From positions 11,966,001 to 12,030,000 of the forward strand of contig NC_045719.1 of NCBI RefSeq assembly GCF_009834535.1: 64,000 nt of DNA, written 5' to 3'. Position numbers and translations under genes: made by a program. Shown piece after piece: positions 13,482-25,226 of the stretch (positions are counted from its first letter, which is position 1; each line of letters starts with the position of its first letter). This DNA is from Camelus ferus. Its lineage: Eukaryota. The notes under the pieces are model-generated. The model did no database searches and had not been told where the DNA came from. It was given only the letters and a program-made list of their open reading frames with translations.

Positions 13482-13681
13482 GGGAGAGGCTGGGGGTGGG
13501 CGGGGACTGCGAGCGCAGGGCGGAGAGAGAGGGTGGGAGGAGCAGGCAAGGGACTGGCTGGTGTCTTACCCACAGCTGGTGTCTGGAGCTCAGCTGACAG
13601 GAGAGTGTACAACCCTGGGGACTTTGGCAACTCAACCTTCTTACTTGAAAATGACAAGAGCCTGAAGGTCACAGGCAGCTG
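13482..13681. promoter_or_regulatory. Candidate enhancer/promoter: GC boxes, G4 motif, three CAGCTG E-boxes, overlapping TGACAG
   Basis: GGGAGAGGCTGGGGGTGGGCGGGG at 13482-13505; CAGCTG at 13573, 13591 and 13676; CAGCTGACAG composite at 13591-13600. Non-repeat and GC-rich. Confidence 0.35.
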
Positions 13682-13684
13682 AGC
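13570..13684 (-). other. Candidate 115-nt exon
   Basis: Acceptor attgtgtttcctcttcag, donor TGG|gtaaga; open frame AQLPVTF...TPAV. Confidence 0.22.
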
Positions 13685-13791
13685 CTGAAGAGGAAACACA
13701 ATATTCTGCCAACCCAGTGTTGAGGCTGGAGGATAGATCTTTGTTTGTTTGTTTTAGTTTTCCTGTTTGTTTTTTGGGAGAGAGAATTCAG

Positions 13792-13888
13792 TTTATTTAT
13801 TTATTTATTTTAAGGGCAGTACTGGGGATTGAACCCAGGACCTCGTGCACGCTAAGCATGTGCTCTATCATTGAGCTATACACCCCCC
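13792..13888 (-). mobile_element. Vic-1-like tRNA-Ala-derived SINE (camelid)
   Basis: Reverse complement reads GGGGGTGTATAGCTCAATGATAGAGCACATGCTTAGCGTGCACGAGGTCCTGGGTTCAATCCCCAGTACTGCCC followed by a (TAAA)n tail. It has Pol III A/B boxes and a tRNA-Ala-like body. Confidence 0.92.
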
Positions 13889-14199
13889 GGAGTACAGTCT
13901 TAGGGAATCAGGCCTCCAAGTTTCTGGGATCTGCACTGATCAACATTTTCAACGTTCCCTCAGTGGCATCGAGCCTGCTTTGACCTTCCCCAACTCCAGT
14001 CCATCAGATCATCCATGTCGGCTGCTCCGGAGCTGTATGACTGCACCGCAGAGTCATGTTTTGAGAAGGGGCCCTCAATTCTGCTTAAAAACATTCTTAC
14101 ATGTCCCCTTCTGGTTTTCATTCCTCATTGCGATTTTTCACTCTCTCTCCCTGGGGATAAGCTCTGATTCACAGATAATAATCATCTAGCACCTTTCAT

Positions 14200-14440
14200 C
14201 TCTAGAGGACCTTTAGCTGAGTACGTGGTACGTAACTCATCTTTATAATCTCAGTGACCCCTATAAGCGACGTACTGTTCTCCTCACATTATAGACAAGA
14301 GCTCAGAGGTTAAGATAACACCGAAATGCACGTAGGTTATGGGATCTGCCCATGTTGACATCACTCACAGGCACCTGAGCTGGGGTTCAAGCCTGTGTCC
14401 TCCGAGTCTACACCCCATTATCCAACAGGACAGTGGGAAG
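14200..14440 (-). mobile_element. MIR SINE
   Basis: aactcatctttataatctcagtgacccctataag...cctcacattatagacaagagctcagaggttaag. Confidence 0.65.
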
Positions 14441-16306
14441 AAAACTGAAGCTCATAGACACAAACTCCCTCAAATTTCTTTATAGCCACCTTCAAATTTA
14501 TTGCTCCTTATTGTCACTCATTGTTTATTTACTGACTAGCCCTTTTCTCCTCCAGCATGGATAAGCTGATTCTATTCTGTGTTCCTAAAAGTCCTCTCAC
14601 TTGTCCTTACATAGTCTTATCTCTTCCCATTTCTTCCCATTTCAGTTCTCTGCAGATGGCCCTCAGATGTTTCTGTGAGCTCCGATGGCTGTTTCCAACC
14701 ACCAAGTAAAGGCGTATTTCCTCAGTAACACACCTTTTTATAGATCATACACCGTCCCCCACACCTCCTCAGCTCTCTGCAAGTACCATGTCTGCTCTGC
14801 GTTTCTTAAGCAGCCCATGGAGTCCCTGTCTCCATACTTTGGCTCATAATGATTTGGAATGTTCTCCTTCCTCTCCTTGTAGAAATTCTATTTTTTTTTT
14901 TTAAGAATGAGCTTAAAAAATGTTACACCAGCTATGAATATTTCCCCAACTCTCCCAGTCAGAATTTAACGGTATATTCTCTGTGTCCCCAAAGCACTTT
15001 GCTTATAAGAATGACACATCACTCATCACATGAGAAACTTGTCTCCATCTCTATTTCAACTTATGGGCTTTCAGCATAACAAGGACAATAAGACAGTTTA
15101 CACACGTTTACACAAGCATGGACCTTGACTAAGTGTTTGTTGAATGAATGAATGAACGGTGATTCAGTTACTGCTCTGATTTTCCAACATGCCCCAATGA
15201 GGCCATGATCTGATTTTAGGGTCATTTTTTTCCTCACCTTAAAAATCTTCACTGTCATCCTGGGAATTTGTCTTGCCTGCTTTGTGAAAATTTTGAGTTT
15301 TAAATTAAAAAAAAATTACCTGTGATATAAAACCATGGAAAAGGAAAGGGAATGATACATCATTTTTCTTGTAAAAATAAATACACTACTGTCATCCAGG
15401 TGATCAGTGTTACAGAGAAGCATCCAAAAAAATGACAGTTTATATTTGTAAATTAAAAATATAAGATAATCAGAATTGATTCTCTTCTAGTAACAAATAT
15501 TTAAGTTCACATGTAACACAACAGTACATTTCATTAGATTGGAATAATGAGTTTGGGGAAGTGGGAGGGACTGGGGGGATATTAGCCTGAATTATGGAAG
15601 TCAGATTTATTGAAAGCCACGCAGTTTTATTAGTTTCAATACTATGATCTGCCAATAAAGTCTGTCTAAGGAGACACCTACTTAATGGCATGGATCCTTA
15701 TTTAATAGCTGAATCTTTTTTGCCTGAAGACCACTGTCTATGAGAAAGCCATGAGGACAATTATTCTTTTTAAATAAGTTACAGGTACTGCCTTTATTTC
15801 TCTTATCAAATCCATTCCTTGGAGATAATTCAAAGGTACATTTCATCTTAGTCTGGGTCAAATTGTCAAACATGGTGTATTTGCAATATCTGAATGAGGT
15901 TTTACTACATTCTTAGAGGAAGACACTTCTGGAGAATAATGAAGAGAATCCAACGGGAAGTGGTAAATACTTTTTCAAATAAAAAAACAGGAAAAATGTG
16001 AACTTTTTCAAATAAGATGAACATTAATTATTCATTAAGCTAGAGCTAACTGAGATCTATCTTCAGAGTCTTTGGTTTCCTTTGTAAATTCCTGGAGGGC
16101 AAGGGTCACGGTCTGCTTGATTCTCTCCCAGCCTTCCAAGACGTCATACGCCCCAACAACGCCACCGGGGCTGCGCCTTCCGGGGATGGCTGTCATTGAA
16201 AGAACAGGCGTTCAAAAGCAATGCTATGGGGGTTTCAGACATGGTAGCGTCTGTTCTCCTTCTGTCTAACTACCTGAGACCCAAACATTATGGAGAGTTT
16301 ACTCAC

Positions 16307-16348
16307 TGATTCTGGGTAGAGGCCGCAAGTAGTGTGTAGGTCCCCATC
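16307..16348 (-). other. Candidate 42-nt exon
   Basis: Acceptor ttccctcttttcttttctag, donor TCA|gtgagt; open in all three frames. Confidence 0.3.
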
Positions 16349-17393
16349 CTAGAAAAGAAAAGAGGGAATTCATATATTACCATCACATCCAAGGACATTT
16401 AAGAACCTTTCTACATTAAACACGCTTCAAATATCAGTCTCTGATATGTTATTTCTAGCCAAGAAAATCACGAGGAGGGAGAGGATTATGAAACAGAGTA
16501 TGTCATTCCTGTGTTTCTGGGCTGCTCAAGAGGTGACAGGCTTGGTGTGGCTTACGAGGCAACCTGGCATTACCTTCAAACTTTGCCACAGAAAAGAGTG
16601 AGCTTTGTGCCTGTACCTTCTGTGTCTGAGAAATGGAGCTAGAAAACATCCACCGCAAGGAAGAAAAGCTCCCTGGCTTCTCTGCATCCTGCTCCACAAC
16701 ATGCCAAGGTGTTGACATACAATCACAGTTTCTGCGTAAAACACCTGAGAACTTGGGCTAGACCTCTTTAGGTACAAAGGATGCTCGGGGCAGGTGTGCC
16801 ACGTGCCTCCCTGATGTGGCACAGCTGGTGACCCACCATTGGAGACCTCGGTTGGTAAAACTTAGAAGAGCAAATGAAATGAAATCTAGGATAAAAGAAC
16901 CAAAGCTCTTTGAGGGAAGCCCTCCCGTGCGTATTTAAATCAGCCAGAACTAACGCAGATTTGGAGGGAAGAGCTCGAACCAAGGGATCTTGGGGTTTTC
17001 CTTGAGCCAAAGATTTTTCATCTTAATAATCTAGAAGGACCCTTCTCTGCCAGATGAAGTTGCTAAATGTAACAGTGTATTTCTTCTGCTTTAGTCATCT
17101 CTGGGGAGAGGTGAGCCTCAACTTACTCTGAGAACAAGTCTAGGGAATCACAAGAGGGTAAGTATATGGCTGTTTAGACTTCTGCTTTCTAGATTACACT
17201 GTTACAATTCTTCCTTCAAAAACATATTACAAATATACCATATAGAATGCATATTATATACTGTACATAATACCACATATTTTATGTAATACATATTATA
17301 TATTACACGTGAAACTATACATTAATATATATCTTATCTATGTATATGTAATGTTTTGCTCTCTGCATTGTCTTTTTCAAAATATGCTTTAAT

Positions 17394-17514
17394 TAGTTTT
17401 TTGGGGGGAGGGTAATTAGGTTTATTTATTTAATGGAGGTACTGGGGATTCAACCCAGGACCTCGTGCATGTTAATTAAGTATGTGCTCTACCACTGAGC
17501 TATAACCTCCCCCT
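17394..17514 (-). mobile_element. Vic-1-like SINE, full length with tail
   Basis: Reverse complement gives the tRNA-Ala-like head plus the characteristic tail AAATAAATAAACCTAATTACCCTCCCCCCAAAAAA. Imperfect flanking duplication tcaaaata..cttt at 17377-17390 and 17514-17528. Confidence 0.93.
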
Positions 17515-18445
17515 CAAAATACCCCTTTCAAAGTTTGCTGAGAAAAATTTGAACAAGTACTTCAGAATGGTGAGGCTTAAGCAATGGTAGGATGAATTCT
17601 CTGTCCTGCTATTCTTCTCCATTTAAGTAACCTGCTCTCAGGGTGACTCATTTATAATACTGCTTTTCTAAACCTAATTGAGACAAAGGATCCTATTGGC
17701 CCTTGCCTTTTAAATTAATCTTTCACCAAATTTCATTGGCGCTAAAATATTCCAGTTTATACTTTTGTCAATTAAATCCTATTCCATCCTTAGAATGACT
17801 GAAGGAGTATATCCAAGAGCATTTTGAGCTGCATTGTCATGAGTTTCCTGGGATAAGGGATCAGCAGCTCCACTTGATTTAGTAATTTCTGCATTTTGAA
17901 TGAAGGCACTTATCAGGTCATTAGTAGAGCTCATCAATAAGTTACAGGTCCTACAGTACAATCGATCCCCACGGGTTGGAACCTGATATGTCATCCACTG
18001 CACTGACTCACTTTGATGCAACTGCAAGTCTGCATTTACTTGTTCACCCATGTAACAATAGCATGATTAAGGTCACACTTTTGTGACTTGGTGACAACAA
18101 TACTGTTTAGACCAGATCCCCAAATCTTCCTCCACACAAAACTGATTTTATCCAGGACGTCTCATTGTTTACATAACCTGCCACATAACCGTGGAAGGAA
18201 ATTAAACTGACATGGAAAAACAAACGGCTATTCAAAAAGTCAAATGCGGCTGCTTCTTTATCTCTGATGAAATTCTGCTAAGTCGCTTATGATTGCATGA
18301 GAAGCTGCTCTCATCAGGTATAGCCCCTCAGCTCTCAGGTTTACCAAGTCATTTCCATTAAAAAATGTGGACACGGAAGCTATTTCCCTATCCCCTGCCA
18401 GGGCTCAGCTGTGTAAAGACTGTGCAAGGTCACCTGCTAATTTCT

Positions 18446-18653
18446 TTTCTTTTTTAAAAATTTATTGTAGTAAAAAACACATAAGATCTATCTTCTTAAC
18501 AAATTTTAAAATGGACAGTAGGGTATTGTTTACTGCAAGCACGATGTAGCGCAGCAGATGGCTAGGACTCCTTCATCCTGCAGGGCTGAAAGTCTATACC
18601 CGCTGAACAGCAACTCCCCATCACCCTCTTCCCAGCCCCAGGAAACCACCATT
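18446..18653 (-). mobile_element. 5'-truncated L1 3' end (L1MA9/MB-like) with TSD
   Basis: tttattgtagtaaaaaacacataagatctatcttcttaacaaatttt... Perfect 11-bp TSD tgctaatttct at 18435-18445 and 18654-18664. Confidence 0.88.
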
Positions 18654-18832
18654 TGCTAATTTCTCCAGGGTCTCAGGAAACCTGACATTGGGGCATAATA
18701 ATGAGATTATACTCCTGGACTGGATACACTCTGATGGTCTGGTTTGGCTTTCCACTCATTGCAGACTAAAGTATATCATTAGATGCATGCAAGTGTCCTA
18801 CAGCATATAGTAAACTTGCTGAACACAGGGAT

Positions 18833-18912
18833 GGGGAGGAGGGGACAGCTCAGTGGTAGAGCGCACGCTTAGCATGCACGAGGCCATGGGTTCAATCCCC
18901 AGTGCCTCCATC
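18833..18912 (+). mobile_element. Vic-1-like SINE head followed by (CA)13
   Basis: GGGGAGGAGGGGACAGCTCAGTGGTAGAGCGCACGCTTAGCATGCACGAGGCCATGGGTTCAATCCCCAGTGCCTCCA. The anticodon stem is mispaired. Confidence 0.9.
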
Positions 18913-18913
18913 T

Positions 18914-18939
18914 CACACACACACACACACACACACACA
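18914..18939. repeat. (CA)13 microsatellite
   Basis: Read directly; abuts the SINE 3' end. Confidence 0.97.
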
Positions 18940-21636
18940 GACATGACTTAGTCTTCTCTTTATAATTTCCCAAAACCTAGTTTAGTGCTGTGTATAAATA
19001 TGTATTGAGTTAAACTATAATATTTCTTTTCAAAGGTTAACATTAATTAATGTTAATTTTAAGGATCTGACAAAAAGACAGGAAAGCAAATACCATTTAT
19101 TTTTGAATTTATGACTTGTCTCCTAAAAAAAGCCTCCCCTCTCACCTCCCAACAACAGTTAAAGTATGCATAGCCCTTTAAAGGGTCTGACTCTGTCTTC
19201 TGACTCATGGCTATTCCTACATACTTTTTAACGTAATGACCACCTAGGATGTGGCTCTCAGTCCGTATAATCAATATAGGCTGACTTCCTCGCTACATGA
19301 CCATACATTAAGTAACCATGAACATTCTCCCGTGGTCAGCTGTGAAAACGGCTTTAAATGTCAGAAGGCAGGCTTGCTTCACATAACAGAAGTTAACTGG
19401 GTTTGTCCAGAGCCCTGAAAATTAGTAAGAGTTCAAATCTCACATCCAGTGTACGTGTCCTTATATTACACTTAGGAGATTGATATGGTATTAAAGGCTT
19501 AATTGAGTGGCACAGACAATCTAATGCAACAAGATCTTTCCTCTTCATCACATGCCTTTACTCTGGGCCATTTTTGTTTTCAGTGGTAAAGCACGTATCA
19601 CCTGTTGAAACTTGGCGTATCACCATACTGAATGAATAGGCTCAGAGCTTTAATGGGAAATCAATTTTTTAAAATGTAGCATCTCACCAATCCTTTTTTC
19701 CGAGGGTTTGGGAGATCCGTGCAGCACGAATAGCACACTGAGCCAAGCAGGGCTCGCACTCAAGTGAGGGAACACAGATGTGACCAGAATGTACTTTCCT
19801 GAAAGTAATTCTTCTGGCCACTTGATAAATTAATTAAGTTGGTTACCATCACCCTTACTTGACGAGAATACAAGACAGGAAAAGGCTGGACAGTTCCCTG
19901 AGACCACGTGGTAGTTTGCTGTTAAAACTGAAATAGGGTTACATTTCATGAATTTTTTTCTCCAGTAAACCTTTCATAAACATGAGGATCAATACCCTCT
20001 TAATTTTACATAGAGATATATTGATGCAAAAAAAGAACGTCATAGTGAGGTTTAGGTTCTTTGCTGTAAAATATTTGGCTGGATTCAAGTTCATCCCCAT
20101 ATTTTATTTTGTAATATTGGTTTGGTCTAATCTTACCCTCTTTTCTCTTTTCCTCTAAAATCGCTTGGATATACACTTATTAAATCAATAATAACCACAG
20201 TAACAGCTAACAGGTACTGAATCCTTATTAAATATCAGACCTGGTGCTGAGCACTTGACGTGACCTCTGTCTAATCTACGACCAGAACAATCCCACGGGA
20301 ATCTGACCTGGATTTCTGCTAATGGAATGTAACTACATGTTTCCAGTTCTTCACTTGTTAACATAAGCCCCACCCACCACCATCATCATCATCTATATTT
20401 CCTAGATTCAGTTCCATTAAAGTGCACTGAGAACTCCATGACACACAGCAGGAAGCCTCTGAGATTTGTTTGAGGTTTTCCCTACCATTTTACCAATGTA
20501 TTTTCACACCTGATTCTGTAGCATTTTATTTTCAGTAACTCAACTTCGAGTCTCTCCAAACCATCTTCATAGAAGTAGCAGTTCTTTTAGGCATCCCTAT
20601 GTCACCGGTTTTATACAATTTATAATTGAATTGAGTAATTCTAGGCACAAATACAGCAGGCAGTGCAGGTGTGGGAACACACACAACTGAGTCGGGCCAC
20701 ACGCATCCCCACAGGTGGGGGCAGACGCTACAGGTGGGCTCAGGGCATGGCAGGTGGGGGCCTGGAGGTGAGCTGGCTGGAAGCGTCCGTCAGCAGGGTA
20801 CATCTCGGGAAGGGGCAGAGTTGCTGAATCAGGGACATCATTTAAGAGAAGGCCAGTTAAAAGAACTTTTGTTGTATTTGATACTTTAACTGTGTAGGCT
20901 AAAATTAAAAAATAAAAAAAAAATAAAAAAAAAAAAAAAGAAGCAGAAGGAAAAAAGAGAGTGAGTTTAGGTTCCTTGTCCAGGATTACAAACTAGAGCT
21001 GGAGCTAGGATTTGGCTCCAGAAATCAGCCTTTCGGTCTAGCACGTCAGTGTCCCCACCCCCACCCTCCCATCCCAGGAGCCTCGGGACAGAGGTAACTG
21101 TGGAGGCTTGGGTGGGCTGCGGCTGCCCAGGAAGGGGGTTCAAGACAGCTCAAGGGCGGTCCGCAAGAGGACACAGCAACAGAAGCGGGAGGAGGCCTGA
21201 GAGCGATGAAACAGTCTTGGGACTCTGCCGAAGAAGAACCCTGTGATTGAAGCTAACCTCGCGTTAACCCAAATATTTCTTGACCTTGGGCCTCTCTGGT
21301 TCAAAACAAAAGGGCTTTTAGCAGATAAGTTCGGCCAACTATTTTCAGAACCGGTTTTTGCAACTCTGAAATGGAAGAAACCCTGAAAGGGCGTCCCTGC
21401 CCTTCAGCAAACAATCAACGACCCCGGAGACCCGTTGCCCCAGCGGTCCCGTGGGAAGCCAGGTGTGGGAGCAAGCTTAGTGGGAATCTGTGACGGCAAA
21501 CGGCATTCAGAGTGAAGTCATTTGAATCTCACCCCCTACTTCCTTCTAATCCTTGGGTTTTACAGCTTCTATTTCCATCAAGTCCTCCTTGGAGTAAGAC
21601 TATGTAAGCACCAGTTTTGAAGAACTCCCTAGCCTC

Positions 21637-22011
21637 TGTTAAAAACAAAACAACAGGTCCAAAATGGGGTCACCTGTGCTAAGCCCATGTCACCAAAGAG
21701 AAACTTAATACCGAACCTAATGGCAGTTCCCATCTCCCCCAAGAATGCAGTCGTAACCGGTGGGTTAGGAACTTTCTGGTCAGTACCAGTGAGGTAACCT
21801 GCCACAAAGACCCTTTTCATCCACCACAGGAAGGTGAGGTCATCTGCCCGGGCCTCATGCCTTCTGCTTTCTGCCTATAAAAGCCTTCCTCTTGGGCAAC
21901 CTCCTCAGAACCCCTCTCTGCTTGCTAGACGTCATGCCGCCCGATCTGCGAATCACTTAAAAAAGCCAATTAGATCTTCAAATTTACTCGGCTGAATTTT
22001 GTTTTTTAACA
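21637..22011 (+). mobile_element. Solo ERV1-class LTR
   Basis: Starts TGTTAAAAA and ends TTTTTTAACA (terminal inverted repeat, TG...CA). 4-bp TSD cctc at 21633-21636 and 22012-22015. TATAAAA at 21876-21882. Length 375 bp. Confidence 0.88.
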
Positions 22012-22949
22012 CCTCCTAGAAGGGATGATTTTATGATAGCTGCTTTAAAAATGCCGGGAATGGATTACGTTTTTCCGTTATGTATCAATGCTTTCAGTTT
22101 ATGTTAAAGGTTTCCGATGTTTCTGTCCTTGGCCTTTTCCAAACTGTTTCCTTCAAGAAGAAAATTAGAAAGGTATTAAGATTTCTATGACTTCATAAGG
22201 AATTCATAAAAAGGTTAAAGACCTTTAAATGGCCATCCTGCCAATAAAATGGTGCTAAGTTGTGCAAACTCTTCAGACACGGGACATCACTTTTATACAT
22301 GTTCAAAAAACAGCTGTTTCGATTTGAACTGATGTGGTTTAAAAAATAATTATTGCAATCATTGAGCCACAAATGTGGTTGAGATTTAGAGCCTCCTTCA
22401 CATAAAACAGTATGTCACTCCAATAGCTTTTTGGAAGCAATATTTTAAACAGTGGAATAAGTATTTAATTAATATGCATGCAAAGGTAGGGCGTGCATGG
22501 GTAGAGATCGAATATCAGCGAGTATCTGAGCGCTCCTTCCCTCGGAGCCTCGCTCTAGCTTCTGCGCTCTGCCCTTGGCCGAGGGCACGCGCCCTGGCAG
22601 GGGGACCCGGCACTTTACCGCGTGCTTTGTGTGGAACAGAGGGCAAACTGAACCATGTGCAGCCAGGCCCTGAGAGACGGGATGAGCCCAACCGGCAGCC
22701 TGGAAAGCGAGAACCGCACTGAAAAGGGGCAGGTCTGACTCTGCAGCTGGCTCAGGGGAAGCCAATGAACCCAGCTCTGCTGCGCCCTAATTCCCTCTTC
22801 TACAAAATGTATTAATGTCCATTTCGGCGTTGAGATTCTGGGAAATGAGGCAGCTACCAAGCTTTTCCTATTTATGTTGTATTTCATCACCCCACCACCA
22901 TAAGTGCTGTCACACACGCCACCACCTCTGATGCTCAGAGCAGTTACTT

Positions 22950-23720
22950 GCTGGCGCGTTATCCTGCCTCACTCTTGCCAGACCATCTCTGCAGGAACTT
23001 CACCCTCTCTCCCATCTCTCAAGCTCACCTGTACTTGGTTCAGTCCCAAGTACATACACACGCTAGCTCTGACCTCTCCTGAGCTTCAACTCTGCTTCTC
23101 CAAGTTCTAGCTTCCACGTGGGTGTCCTATTGTTGGATCAAGTGGACTAGACTTGAACGAAACTCGCAATCCTTTCCCCCAAACCACCTGTCCCCCTGAA
23201 CTTGCACATGTGCGTCTATTACAGACTTCTGCCGGGTAGGCTTGTGACTTTGACATTCCCCCCCATCTCTTCTCCACACCTGTTTCCAGACAGTCACCTT
23301 TGGATCTTTTCTTTCTGTGTCTCATACTCATTCTTCTTTTTTTGTTAACCCCCCATCAATCCTGCCAAAATCCTTAGCACATCAAAGTCTAGACGACTGC
23401 AGTGGTCCCCAAACTGATGCCCTGATTTCAGACTCTGACCTAATGTTGATATACCAAATCAAGCATCTAATCAAAAACTGCTCTGCCCGTGCTCATCTCC
23501 TCCTCAAAACCTCTATTTGCTTCTCTCCGTTATAAGATCCCATTTAACTCTCATTAAATATGACCACTGTTTACCCGTGCAACTCAGAACTTTCCTAAAC
23601 AAATTCTGAAAGTCCCCCGAAGAGGCCACATTCATTTCTATTCCCAAGCCTGAAACACCCAACTCTCTCTCTGCTGTCTGAAAAGGACCCACTCCTTCTT
23701 CAAGATCTAACCTTGATGAC
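22950..23720 (+). mobile_element. L2 fragment
   Basis: gctctgacctctcctgagcttcaactctg..., aaactcgcaatcctttcccccaaacc and similar L2 motifs; approximate bounds. Confidence 0.65.
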
Positions 23721-23789
23721 CTCATCTCTCGCTGCTCAGAGTGGTCGGATTCTGAATGTTAGTAGTTACCACTCATTTGGGAGGATGGC

Positions 23790-24010
23790 AAAGCCCAGGA
23801 GCAAGCAGCACACCAGGCAAAGCCCCTTCACATAGAGTAACTCATTCGGTCCTTGAGCTCATCGGGTAAGCACCATGAATTCTCCTACTTTACAGGTGAG
23901 AGCATGGCTCAGAGAGGTTACTGATGTGTCTAGGCCACAAAGTTGCCAAGTGCTGGACCCAAACCCAGGTGGTCCAGCCACAGAGTCCGGGGTTCCTTAC
24001 CCTTACACCA
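23790..24010 (-). mobile_element. MIR SINE
   Basis: ctactttacaggtgagagcatggctcagagaggttactgatgtgtctaggccacaaag. Confidence 0.7.
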
Positions 24011-24275
24011 CCGTGTACAGAATCTTCCTGTTATAGAAGTCATCAACTGTCTCTCCCACATGCAAGCTGATTAAGGGAAAGCACTTCGCCTCTGTCCTCT
24101 TTGTCTCTCTGGCATACACAGAGACACCTGGTATGAGAATTCCAAGAGGTGCAGGAAGCAAATTTCACAGTAGAAACAACGATGAACCTTGTACGGTGTC
24201 TGCCATGCTTAAAACACACTGAGGCACACCTTCCTTCTTGATTTTTCCTGTGTTATGTTAAAAGTGCTGCTGCAT

Positions 24276-25097
24276 GGGCTTAAGACCTAAATACACATTT
24301 CTCCAAAGACATCCATATGGCCAACAGGCACATGAAAAGAAGCTCACTATTGCTAACTATTAGAGAAGTGCAAATCAAAACTACAATGAGGTATCACCTC
24401 ACACCAGTCAGAATGGTCATCATTAAAAAGTCTACAAAAAATGAATGCTGGAGAGGGTGTGGAGAAAAAGGACTCTTCCTACACTGATGATGGGAATATA
24501 AATTGGTGCAGCCACTAAGGAGAGCAGTATGGAGGGTCCTTAACAAACTAAAAATAGTTACCATATGATCCAGCAATACCACTTCTGGGCATATACCTGG
24601 AGAAAACTCTAATTCAAAAAGATTCATGCACCTCAGTGTTCATAGCAGCAGTATTTACAACAGCCAAAACATGGAAGCAACATAAGTGTCCATCAACAGA
24701 TGAATGGATAAAGAACATGTGGTATATATACTCAATGAAATATTACTCAGCCATAAAGCAGAATGAAATAACTTGCAGTAACATGGATGGACCTAGAGAT
24801 TATCATATTAAGTGATGTAAATCAGGCAGAGAAAGACAAATATCATATGATATCATTTATATGTGGAATCTAAAAAGAATGATACAAATAAACTTATTCA
24901 CAAACCAGAAATAGACTCACACACACAGAAAACAAACTTATGGTTACCAAAGGGGAAGGGGAGGGAGGGATAAATTGGGAGTTTGGGATTGGCATATACA
25001 CATTACTATATATAAAATAGACAAACAATAAGGACCTACTGTATAGCATAGGGAACTATATTCAACATATTATAATAACCTATAATGGAAAAGAATC

Positions 25098-25153
<56 letters not shown>

Positions 25154-25226
25154 ACTGAATCACTTTTCTGTACACTTAAAACTAACACAACTTTGTAAAT
25201 CAACTATACTTCAACAAAATTTTTTT
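24276..25226 (+). mobile_element. 5'-truncated L1 (cetartiodactyl L1_Art-like), ORF2 C-terminus plus 3' UTR
   Basis: Well-preserved L1 text (atcacctcacaccagtcagaatggtcatcattaaaaagtctaca...; aactaacacaactttgtaaatcaactatacttc). 15-bp TSD aaagtgctgctgcat / aaagtgcttctgcat at 24261-24275 and 25227-25241. Confidence 0.95.
25103..25150. repeat. (TA)24 microsatellite inside the L1 3' UTR
   Basis: Read directly from the sequence. Confidence 0.97.

Noticed and set aside
17779-18051. 90-aa minus ORF and plus-strand LKEYIQEHFELHCHEFPG peptide
   Set aside because: No coherent splice sites, stops flank the plus frame, and no family was recognised.
18841-18910. tRNA-Ala(AGC) gene
   Set aside because: The anticodon stem is mispaired (CACGC/GCACG), the 5' end is altered, and four sister copies with SINE tails or TSDs are present. 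It is a Vic-1 SINE, not a tRNA.
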